This document shows, piece by piece, positions 13,051 through 24,346 of a DNA stretch of 64,000 nt. The notes under the pieces are model-generated. The model had not been told where the DNA came from and made no database searches. It was given only the letters and a program-made list of their open reading frames with translations. The position numbers and the translations under genes were made by a program. The stretch is from Haliotis rubra. Its lineage: Eukaryota. How positions within the stretch are numbered: position 1 is the stretch's first letter; every line of letters begins with the position of its first letter. The DNA lies in NCBI RefSeq assembly GCF_003918875.1, contig NW_025767293.1:434001-498000 (forward strand). The letters run 5' to 3'.

Positions 13051-15404
13051 ATGGCAGGTTTCCGAATTCGTAATTTTGTGCTGCCACCAAATTTACTTCG
13101 TCTCATCGAAGTTGTAAGTAAACGTTACGCTGTATCATGTTTGCAAACATTTGCATACTCTGAACACATCTGTTGTGTGCATAAAAGACGCCGAAACATG
13201 TCTGATTAACCATGTGTCAACGTCACTCCAGCGTAACATTGACACTATACCATATCATGCATGTAACTCGAAAGAGAAACTCGAGGTTTATGATAAAGGA
13301 TCTGAGAGAAAACGTGATAAATGGAACGAAAAAGTAAATTATTTCTTTTACAAGGTTTTTAAAATTTTCTTGATTTCTGAGACACTTTAAATTGTTAAAG
13401 GAAAACAATTGAATAAGGGGTCGATAACGGTACAGGTCTATTTATGAGCCTAATCAATGGTTAAATTACATATCACCTTTACTATATGTAAACTGTGTAG
13501 ATGACAGCATATGTTTTATATAATATATTGTTTGGACACTCTGCCTTCCAGCTTTTGAGTGTAGTAGCCGTGTGTTTGGTGACTGGATGGCGGAGCGAGG
13601 GATTCTCCTACAATGATCTCAACCGAAGTGACTTCAATGTTCTCCACAACCTACAGTACTTTGTTGGCATGTCAACACTGACATTTCTCGCAGTTGCTGT
13701 CCTCTGCCTCATCGTTCTCATCAAACCAGTTTACTTGTCATCCCTTGTTGTGAGTAACATATTAATAACACATATTTAAAAAGATCAATCATATTATGCA
13801 TATTAGATGGCAGTGAACATGCTGATTTTACATTACATCTCAAATTTCCCATGAGAGTTTGTATTATCATGTATGTTATGTATCCTGTATCAATTATCAT
13901 ATATCGTGTAGATGGTGTTGATTGTGAAACATAAAGTTTGCTGTTTCCAGGATATGATTCTGAATGCTGTGCTGAGCGTCCTCCTCTTCATCGCAGCAAT
14001 AGTCCTGTGTGTGTCCATCACCCGATTAGGGGAGTCAGCTGCTGTCAAGGAGGCTGACCTCACCTTCTCCAGCCTTGAGGGAGCTGTGGTCAGTGGGTCA
14101 TCCAATACTCTTAGTACTTAATTGTAGCCAGTAGCTCTTGTGTAGTGAATTTTATCCTGGGCCAGGTGAATTGATCAGGGTCTGGTTGTCTGAGGCAACT
14201 TTGGGGTGTTGATCATGTCCCTGAAAGTGTAAACCTTGATATGTTCTTTCCATACTTTTAATCGTTACGGTGGATTCACACAAGTAACATAAGTTTTCAA
14301 GCACAGATTGGCAAATTCCAAAACATTTGAGTACTTTTGTTTTCACACAAGAAATGGGCATTGATATTAGTTAGTTCCGACACCATTTTGGAGAAGAATT
14401 TTGGTAAGAATCATGATATCTACACTACATCCAATTTGTTATTATAATTTTAACAGCCAAAGTATTTTTGACAATAAAACAGTATGCCTAAATATTGGTA
14501 AGCATATCTCATCTATTTCTTTCCAACAGTTTGTCAGATTTCCCAAACTAGTTCATGTAGGTTGCACACAGTTTCTGCAGTGATCACAGACTAATATTTG
14601 TGGACTCAAATTATCAAGTGATGTGATGTCATGTGACACCACTTTTATACAGACTATTTGATCAGGACTTTGGAGATTCAACAGAACAAGAAGTACTTGA
14701 ACTCTGATTATCCTATGATCTATGAGTCTGACGAACCTGGTAGCTGTAGTCAGCAGTTAGGTCATGTGTGCAGGAGTTTGAAACGGAGAAATAATAAATG
14801 GGCTTCACACATTGTACCCATGTAGGGGTCCACCAGGCTATCCCACGCCCCTTTTCTCACTAAGAGAAAAAGTAAGCCACCTGTCAGCATCATTTTACTG
14901 CCATTGATATCCATGAAGATCTGGGTTAGAATTGGTCTTCAGTAACCTATGCATATTGTAATAGATGATCAATGCTCATTCATTATGTCAATCACTGGAT
15001 TGTCTCTTCCAGACTCTATTATTTACAGACCTCTGTCATATAACTGGAATATTGCTGAGTGCAGCATTAAACAACAGAAAAAACAAAACTTGGCCCCTTT
15101 TCTTAAAATAACACAGTTTCTGTTAATTCTGTACAAGCTCCCTGCACAGTGATGTAAAATGATGTTTGTATGATATCTGATTTTTTTTGTTTTGATTTCT
15201 CTTTCTAAGTCAATGAATATTCTTTTGATAATTTGCACATGAATGCAAATATTTCCCTTCTGTTTTCAGGCTCTTGGCTTTATTTGTGCGCTAGCTCTTG
15301 GTGGCAGTGGTTGGTTTGCACTCCAGACTCATCGCAGACGGAGTGACCTCCCCTTGAACCAGTCCCACACCAATGCAGATTTACCTGGTGACATTCCTAC
15401 ATGA
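13051..15404 (+). CDS. MARVEL-domain (CMTM/plasmolipin-like) four-TM protein, 177 aa; exons 13051-13113, 13552-13749, 13951-14088, 15270-15404
   Basis: GT-AG exons in frame: MAGFRIRNFVLPPNLLRLIEV/LLSVVAVCLV...YFVGMSTLTFLAVAVLCLIVLI.../DMILNAVLSVLLFIAAIVLCV...GAV/ALGFICALALGGSGWF...DIPT*; four hydrophobic helices with MARVEL-type spacing. Confidence 0.82.
14911..15080 (+). mobile_element. SINE-like family B copy (internally deleted)
   Basis: ccatgaagatctgggttagaattggtcttcag head and ggaatattgctgagtgc tail. Confidence 0.75.
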
Positions 15405-16350
15405 AAACATGAAGTACCAAATGGCGTGGTTGTGAAGAGATTCTATTTTGTTGACTTGTGTAATTTATACCAATGGTCTGTGTGATGGCAACTCCGTGTG
15501 ACTGACATTTTTTCTGTGATTCTTGTTTTGGTTCCTCTGCCTTCTACACAGGGGATGGACTTTGTCATATAATCATGCTGTCATTTTCTGACTTACAAAG
15601 CCAAAGGAACAAAGTAAATATACTCTGTACGTACTTAGTTGTCATGAGTGGAGACTTATGACAAACTTTACTACCAATATCAAGGATTTATCTAAACCTG
15701 TTAATGAGCTAAACATCAGCCCTAGGTTTGCAACAAATGTCAGTAAAAGATTCCGAAATTGGATTGTTAAAGTTAGTGTTATGGCTTTTTAGAGCTGACT
15801 TGTACTTCACAATAAACAGGACCAGTAAAGAAGAGGCATTAATGCTTAATTTGTGCTTAGAAAATACAAAATAAGGGTTGGAATCCTAGATATATCACTG
15901 AATATGTTTACTGATAATATTGGTTGATCTGATTGGGTAAACTGGAGGTAATCTCTTTATAAAAATATATGTGTGCACTCTGTTTCCATAATCCATGAAA
16001 TTTGGGCTTCATTCTTCATCTAGTTTAACAGGGAATGATGGTGGTGTGCTTATGTGGCCAATTATGGGATGTGCTATTTGCATTTTTCAGTCATTCCAAA
16101 CCAGAACAGAAGTATTACTCTGTTATCCTCCATACACTGGTGGACTTAGGGACCAAGCATGAGATATTCATGGGGGGGGGGGGGTCTTTTTCTTCTTCTT
16201 TTTTCATGGACAGTGGGGGTGCTGAATACAGTAATTATGGTATTATGAAATTAGTTTATGGCATTTGACAAGATATGGATCATGTTCTAGTCTGGAATAC
16301 TGGATGTCCTGAAATTGTTTTTGTGTTATCATCATTCACCATGATTTGTG

Positions 16351-16679
16351 TTAGGCCTATAAAAAGATGTTGTGGTTCCCATTACCCGACCGACCCTTGA
16401 ATTCTGGTGCCAACCCTATTTTATATAAGCAATATGAATAAAGTAAGGGTTCAGATACCATTGTCTTTTCCCGTCACCGGCAGACATCTATCATTCTGAT
16501 AGAGAAAATCGACATTATGGCCAAAAGCTTGATTGAAAAAACAATTACACATTGATAAATGTGTTATTAGTTTGTACTCTGCTTCTAAAACAAAATGTGA
16601 AAAAGAAATCCTACCTACCTAACCCTATACTTTTAAGAGGTGTAATCGAAACCACAACAATTTTTTTATTTGGCCTTAA
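16351..16679. mobile_element. Non-autonomous DNA element with ~35-bp imperfect TIRs
   Basis: ttaggcctataaaaagatgttgtggttccc vs reverse complement of the right end taaggccaaataaaaaaattgttgtggtttc. Confidence 0.6.
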
Positions 16680-16959
16680 TTGTACATATGAACATAAAAT
16701 AATAATTAACAGTAAAGACCAGTGTTGCCACAGGGTAGTCTCAGTGTTTTAGAATCACTTCGACACCTTGTTGGTGATGGCCAGAGTTTATTGACCTGTA
16801 AGTGCTATATGTGTGTTGTATGATTACATGATATACGGGCAATAGAGATATAATCAAAAGCAAAGCAAGTGCTTGTTTTTCATCAGCATAGGCCATGTGT
16901 TCACCTACCCCTTCATGTTTAGTTACCAGAGAAGTCCGATCTGGCTATCAATAGATGAT

Positions 16960-17278
16960 CAGGGCTCCAGATAAGGGCCGTATCGGCGTATGTACGGATA
17001 ACAAATATGCACGATGCAGTAGGAAATAATTTAGAAAACGTACCAGATACGCACCACAGCAATGGTGTACAATCTTAGAATCATTTACAGACGTATTTAT
17101 CTGAAAAAGTATTGTCTTATTGTTTGTTGACCTGTTTACACAAGAGTAGCAATGTTGTGGTGCAGATATGAAATGAAACTCAAGATTACTGATACTCCAT
17201 TAATTTCCATTCAGTACTCTAAATGTACACTTAAGGTTTTCCAGTACTCCTGATGTTGACAAATTATCTGGAGCCCTG
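16960..17278. mobile_element. MITE, 15-bp TIR CAGGGCTCCAGATAA (copy 1)
   Basis: Perfect TIRs; ATGAT on both flanks; near-identical to 17634-17970. Confidence 0.85.
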
Positions 17279-17633
17279 ATGATGCTGTAGGTGTCAATAT
17301 GAGCTACTCAATGACCTTGGAATGCTCTGCTTTGACAGATTAACTAGAGTTACATGAAATTTAATCTTTTATGTATTTGGAAGTGTATACTTTGTGTGTT
17401 TTTTAACATGAAATGTTCTGGCTGCCTGTTGGTTGTTACTCTAGGCTTGTTCCAGTTCAGCATTGTGTTTCATTTAAGGTGTTTAAGTAACACTAGCTGA
17501 GTAGTCAGGGAATGCTATTACAAAACTTTGTAAATATTACTGTTTGAAATTGATACATGGTTAGGTATATTGGTACCATCTGATGAAAAGCGGTGATGCT
17601 TCAATGTATTTGTTACACATGAATTCCCTCTTA

Positions 17634-17970
17634 CAGGGCTCCAGATAAGGGCCGTATCGGCGTATGTACGGATAAAAATATGCACGATACGGTAGGAAAT
17701 AATTTAGAAACAGTAGCAGATACGCACCACAGCAGTGGTGTATGGTCTTAGAATCATTTACAGACGTATTTATCTGAAAAAAGTATTGTTTTATTGTTTT
17801 TTACCTGTTTACACAAGAGTAGCAATGTTGTGGTGCATATATGAAATGAAACACAAGATCACATACTCCATTAAATTCAATTCAGTACTCTAAAAGGTTT
17901 TCCAGTACTCCTATATTTAAAAAAATAAGGAGTACGTACTCCTGATGTTGAAAAATTATCTGGAGCCCTG
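17634..17970. mobile_element. MITE, 15-bp TIR CAGGGCTCCAGATAA (copy 2)
   Basis: Perfect TIRs, direct repeat of 16960-17278 with different flanks. Confidence 0.85.
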
Positions 17971-19847
17971 CTCATAGTCATAGTAACTAAGAACTATTAC
18001 TTCGAGGTATTCATACTCAAAGCAAATTTTGTCATTCAGCATTTTGTTAGAAGAAACTGTATGATTAGGTTTGGATTAAATTCATTTGTAGTCTTTGCAG
18101 GCAATCTCTTTATAACTCCTGTCTGTTTAGAAGAAAACTACCTGTTGTTACCTTGGAGAAGTTTCTTAGATCTCATAATGATTTCGAGTTGACCGTATAT
18201 ACTTTTTGTTATCTTTTTAATTTCTTTAAAAATTGTTATTCTTCTAGGGCTGCCTACACTGATGTATGTCTTGAGCTTGGCATGTATATTTGTTCATGTG
18301 TATGAGATATTGAGTGTCCTGCTGAAGTGGATGTGCCAGACATAAGAAAACCTTTTGTCTATATTTCAAATAATGGACACTCTGCTCTGATGAACAAGCA
18401 ATTAATGTTCCAGTGGGAAAATGTCAGTTTCAAGGTACCAGGTCCTGGTTTCAACCTTTTGAGTAGTAGGTAGGGAGATCTATTTTCACTAGCACATCCA
18501 TATACACTGTGAAACGTGCCCCCTTGGTAGTCAGAACCTGGAAGAACTACCTTTTATGAAAAAGAAAACTAATTGTTGTTTTTTTTGTTAGTTTACTGAG
18601 CTGTTAACCAGTTTCACTCATTGTGCCTACCCCTAGTAAACCTTTGCTTCCGGTTCATTTATAAATGTTATGTTTGGGATTACACATTCTCAGTAAAGTA
18701 CAAATTCTAACCTTTTTGGTTTGATTCCTGTCCAGGAATAGATTTACTGAGAGAAAGTGTAATCCCAAGTATAACAATTTGTTACATTTGACCACTTTCT
18801 AACAAGCATTGTGTATTCATAAAGTGATAAACGTTGGCTTGAATGGAATTAACTTTGATAACAAACTATAAGCACAAGGTACTGTATCCGTATGTATATG
18901 GAGATTATCCAAGTAGTAATTATTCAAAGGGCTGGTTTCGAGAATCTTAGAGTGTGTACAACATAGTAACTATGGTAACATGGCTGTACTGTATATTGAA
19001 ATTGGAATCAGGGGTACAAGGTCATGGAGGTACTATGAAAAATATTCCTGGAAGACATGGGATGATGGTGACAATTCAATGTATTTGTGGCTTATGCCAT
19101 ATGGGATCGCTTAACCAGTAGGCAGATCGAGATGTCCGTGCACCCGTGTTCACCATCAGCTGGACTCATATTTCATCCATAGATAAATTACACATGTACA
19201 TTTTGGCAGAGGATCAACTTTATCATGCTTAATATGATATTCGCTCAGTCTGACAGAATTATCGGAGGTAGGGGTAGTAGGGTGGCCAAATGCTTACGGC
19301 ATTCACTCATTCTTCAACCAAAGGCTCAGGTTTGATTCATCTCATGGGTCCAATATGTGAAGACCATTTTTTATGTCACCAGCTGAGATATTGCTGGATT
19401 ATTGCTAAAATGTCTTAAGAAAATACTCACTCAGAGATAAATGTAACAAAAATAAGATCAAAACAGAAGGTTCTATGCGTGACTTTGTCCAGTCTTGGAT
19501 CAACTTCTGTCATTATCTTGCTTCCCTTAGGCATGCCAGGATCCTGTGGTTGTCATGTTATTGTTTTCTGCCTGGTATGCTGGTATGAGGTTGTTGTAGG
19601 TGAATGTTGCTACAGTAATATCTTGTTGCACAGGGTAATGGTAATTTGGATATTTTCAAAGTTTATTTGACAGAAACCTGTGTTAAATTGAAAGCTACCA
19701 GTGCCCATTTTGTGTGAGTAATCTGTTCTGAAGATACTATGGTCACTGAGAACACAGTATGATCAGTTGAGGAGACTCATATATAGCATGGAAGTGAGGC
19801 ATCTAACTGATGATAGTGTACCATTCGATCACTTTTCCTTCTCCGCA

Positions 19848-20170
19848 AGGGGCGTTGGGGTAGCTCAATGGTTAAAGTGTTCACTCGTCAAGCCGAAGAT
19901 CTGGGTTCGATTCATCACATGGGTACCATATGTGGATCAGAGGGGGTGCATGGGTGCGCACCCCCCCTTTTGTCCTGAAAGTTTATTAAATGACCATTGA
20001 AACTCGGGTGAAAATGAAGTGTGCACCCTCCCTTTTCTCAATAGTGTGCATCCCCCCTTTCTCAAAAAGCTGTATCCGCCCCTGGGTACAATGTGTGAAG
20101 CCTATTTCTGGTGTCCCCCACTGTGATATTGCTGGAATACTGCTAAAAGCGTCATAAAACTACTCACTCT
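19848..20170 (+). mobile_element. SINE family A interrupted by a MITE
   Basis: tRNA-like head 19848-19926, body and tail resume at 20085. Confidence 0.8.
19927..20084. mobile_element. C/G-tract MITE (CA..GCGGATC / TATCCGCCCCTG ends) with 5-bp TSD GGTAC
   Basis: Splits the SINE A sequence cacatgGGTACaatg with duplication of GGTAC; homologous to 29808-29991. Confidence 0.8.
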
Positions 20171-20423
20171 TTCACTCCTTCTCTGCAATCATGTAGGATG
20201 GGTGAATGGTCTCTGAGTTTAACCAGTTCCTTCTGGGTTTTGGTCTTTACAGCATTGGCAAGACACAGAAGGAACCTGGTTCAGTTTCTTTCAAGGGTAC
20301 AGTGTGTGTAGCCCACTTGTTGTGTCTTCCTGCTGTAATATTTCTTGAAAATTGCCAAGACCAGCTTAATCTCTCCCCATAGGAAAAAGCCCCTCATCTG
20401 CCCACTCTGCTTGGATTCTAATG

Positions 20424-20604
20424 AACCCTGTTAGGTGTAAGATAGTGGTCATGTTGTCACCAAAGCTGAGGCTTTATTATTATGAGCCGTGGTAGTTGTA
20501 ACATAGGGACCACGTTGCCACCAAAACTAAGGTGTTATTGTTTTGAGCCCTGGTAGGTGTAAGATAGTGGTCATGTTGTCTCCAGAACTGAGGTTTTATT
20601 ATTC
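20424..20604. repeat. Tandem repeat, ~61-bp unit x3
   Basis: ag/accctggtaggtgtaagatagtggtcatgttgtc...ttattatt repeated three times. Confidence 0.75.
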
Positions 20605-20880
20605 CTCCATACATTAAGTATGAGACCTCCTGTTTTTAGGTTGTGTTTCCTCATCTATTCAGACCCGGTTTATCAGCATGTGTTCATTTCAGTCATTTTG
20701 TTACAGTTTCTATGTATGTATGTATTTATGTAGGTATACATGAATAAATTTTTAGTAAAATGCCAAAGCCTTTGGTTGTGATATGGGTTTATATATTGTC
20801 TCAGATAACGGGATGGTTTGTTACCCGTTTTGATGTCTTTTGTCAATTCCTCTTACCAAATAATGCCTAATCTGTCTTGA

Positions 20881-21003
20881 CTGACTGACGCCGCTTTTAG
20901 CAATATTCCAGCAATATCAGGGCGGGGGACACCAGAAATGGGCTTCACTCATTGTACCCATGTGGGGATTCGAACCCGGGTCTTCGACTACCCTACCGCC
21001 CCC
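20881..21003 (-). mobile_element. SINE family A (internally deleted)
   Basis: Family A body and B-box; TGTCTTGA direct repeats. Confidence 0.8.
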
Positions 21004-24000
21004 TGTGTCTTGAACTTAGGTTAGAAAATGTTCTCCAGAAACCTTGCATGTCTAACCAAGAGACTCAATCGGTGGGGCAGTTTGTTTGTTGTTGAAGCCG
21101 CATATTTCCATCTATATGATGGCGGTCGGTAAATAACCAAGTCTGGACCAAACAATCCAGTCATTGACATGAGCATCGATCTACGCAACTGGGGCGATGA
21201 CATGCAACGCCTAAGTCAGCGAGATCCCACGCGATCCCATTAGTCGCCACTCTAGACGGTGAAGGAGTTTGATACATGTCCCTCATGCTTGGTAGAGCCA
21301 ACTAAAACGGGGTATTCCTGGCAGTGGGCTATCTGTATATATGACATGGTAGTTTCAGAATGTGTGTATGATCGTGACTCGACAAAATTCGGCGTCATTG
21401 ATCAGGCTAACTACCTCCGGTTAATATGGCCAAGATAATATTCAGGCCGCCCTGATATAGCTTGAATATGTCTGCGTAACAAGCTGCTGATATAAGACGA
21501 AGAGATGTATTTTGCATAAAACAAATGTAACAATTTGCATGCTTCTTGCGTAAAATGAAACAAATTAACATACATTCGTCTTGATAAGACAGGTAATAAT
21601 TGTGTAAGACAAACCAAACTGGCATGCTTTCAGCTTGCATAACTCATATGATGGACATGTCTTCCTTCGCACAAGAAATAAATTAACGTGCATGCATTTT
21701 GAATAAGACCAAGAATAATTAAGTTAATGCATACATACAGAAACTCTGTTCCTCAGATGATGTACCAGAATTCAAAACAAAGCGTCCTCATGTCGTTCCT
21801 TTTGATTTTATATTTATACATATAAATGGAAACTTGTTTGATGATTATAGCAAATATGTGACTGCAACGAGCACCGGTATTATCTGACAGGCCACAGACT
21901 AAAAAAAGTCCATGTATTGATGGTCACGATTCGGAACCGGTGATTATTGATAAACAACACTAATCTTTTTCCTCACCAGAGCGTGAGACGAATCGAAACA
22001 ACATTGACACAAACATGTTAACAAAGGACATCTGCACCTAGAATTACGTTAAGCACTATAATAACACATATATAACACATTTCCACGGGGGGGGGGAGGG
22101 GTGTGTGTGGGGGTATACTGCTCAACTTTACATAAGGAGATCGAGATCAGATTTTCTGTGCCAATTAATTGACATGCAAGCATTGTTGACACGAAATGCC
22201 AAGTTCAGGAAAATGTCGATTACTACTTTGTGTGTGACAAAGAGTCTTATCATTCAGTCCATCCATGAACTCAATTCCTATCTAATGATGTGCAGTATAT
22301 CCAAACATGCCGCATTGATCTCTTTTAATACATGTCTAGATGCCACTGACACTGGTAGACAAAATGATACAAGAACATACAACTCAAAGGAAGTTAAGAA
22401 CACCCATCATAATGGCCATGTAGATCAGTTACACTCATAATAAAGAAATATGGTATTCCTTTTCTTTAACTTCTATTGGTTAGTACAGTAAACTAATAAA
22501 CGATCGGTGAAGGTTCAACTGAGGTTATGTACACTTTCCATGTATTCCATTTTAATTCCTCAGATTTAATATTAAATTGATAACTTTCAAAATGAATAGC
22601 AATAATGTTTAAAATATTTAAATATTTAAAACGCTCCAAATCCACAATGAATCAGTGTGCACTCGGTTTTCATTCTCAGCTCCCTGAGGAGTATAAAACC
22701 CAGCTGCTATGTTCCAACATTCCTTTCGATTGTTTAGTGCAGATCATGAAGCAGTTTGTTATCGCTGTCTCTGTATCATCGAAGGTCATGTGACTGGTGA
22801 CCTGAACACACATGCGTCCGTCTATCAGGCTCTAGCATGTGCGGATGTCACAGCAATGAGTCATCACACATTGCATAAAATATAGGCAGAGTAGGCGGGA
22901 CATCAGGATATACTCCAATACCAGCACATTAATTTGCCAGAAACGGTAATTATGCAACGTCTAGACGAAGTAGCAAAGATTGTTTAAATAGTTGTGCATA
23001 GAAGATAATTATTTTTATCACATGAATATATATCACAGACCATCGTAATGCCTCCACACATAGAACACGAGATGTCTACCAGAATACGCGGAGTGAGAGA
23101 ACGTATAGTGGTGAGATCCGTGTGTTACTGTTGGCACCGTTCTCCAACCCGCTTTGTCACATACTTTGAGAAGCTGGGTGTAAATCCCTTCATTATATAC
23201 ACGAGTTTCCTTTCAAGTTTCAATAACACAACACGTGAAACCCTATACAATGTACAATGGGTACAGCAGATGATGTGTTTACAACTGATCATGATCACGT
23301 CTCCGATTATGTGTGGTCGTTGCCGTCTTGGCAAAGACGAAATTGTCAAATAGCAGTCACATGCTGTCGAAAACTGCATGAACACGTGCAGTCGTCTTTT
23401 GTCTTTTGTAGTTGTCAGTTCAATCATTACTAATAGATCTAACGATGTACACGCATATGTAAATGATAATCCAGGTATGTGGACGTTTCTCAACTATTTG
23501 TCCGGGAAACGGAGTTTTCGGATTAACAGGTTCCCGTCTAGCGGGGTTCCAGTGTGTCCGTGTACAATGCTAACATAACACAAGCAGTTAAGTACCCAGC
23601 TTTCACACATTTCATCTATGGTCACCACAGCAACAGCACTTGACACCCGGAATAAACAAAATCAGGAAGGCAAGGGGTTATTTCTTTGTAGGCTCGTGGT
23701 ATGCTACATATTATCACAGAAGACGAAGTCTACGCTCCCACGGCAAGTGCAGACCTGATGTCATTAGTATCCCGAACAGCGGGGTAATGGTAAAACTTTC
23801 AACACATCAGCAAGTGGCCAACCCGACAGTGTCACTTGAAATAAAACAGGTCACTAAGGCACGCATTATCCATCTGTAGACCAAATATTATTGTCTTAAG
23901 TTTACCTATGAAGGTGATGTCTTGAACAATACCTCGCTGACGAATGTACCGCACTGGGATAGATCCTAATGCCTTTCAAGAACTCCCGAGAGCAACTTCT

Positions 24001-24346
24001 TTCATTAATATTAATACAACGCCTTCCAAAATGTTGCTTAACCATCAACATTCAAAATCCCCAGATAACAAGATGTAGCTGACGTACTCAAACGTTTCAG
24101 TCAAGAATGTTGACGTTGGGCACCGGTCTTGTGACACATTATCCGATGAAATGAAACACACATTCATGATTCGTGACACATCTTACCCATGCAGGTAACA
24201 TTGTGATCAGGTATATATATTTGGATCCGACTTTCTGCACCATATATGTCTGGCATTCAGTGTGTAAAGCGTATCACACAACTTTCCCAACAACACATTT
24301 TCATAGCCAGCAACACAGCCTTATTCTAAACTTCTTTCTACTGAGA

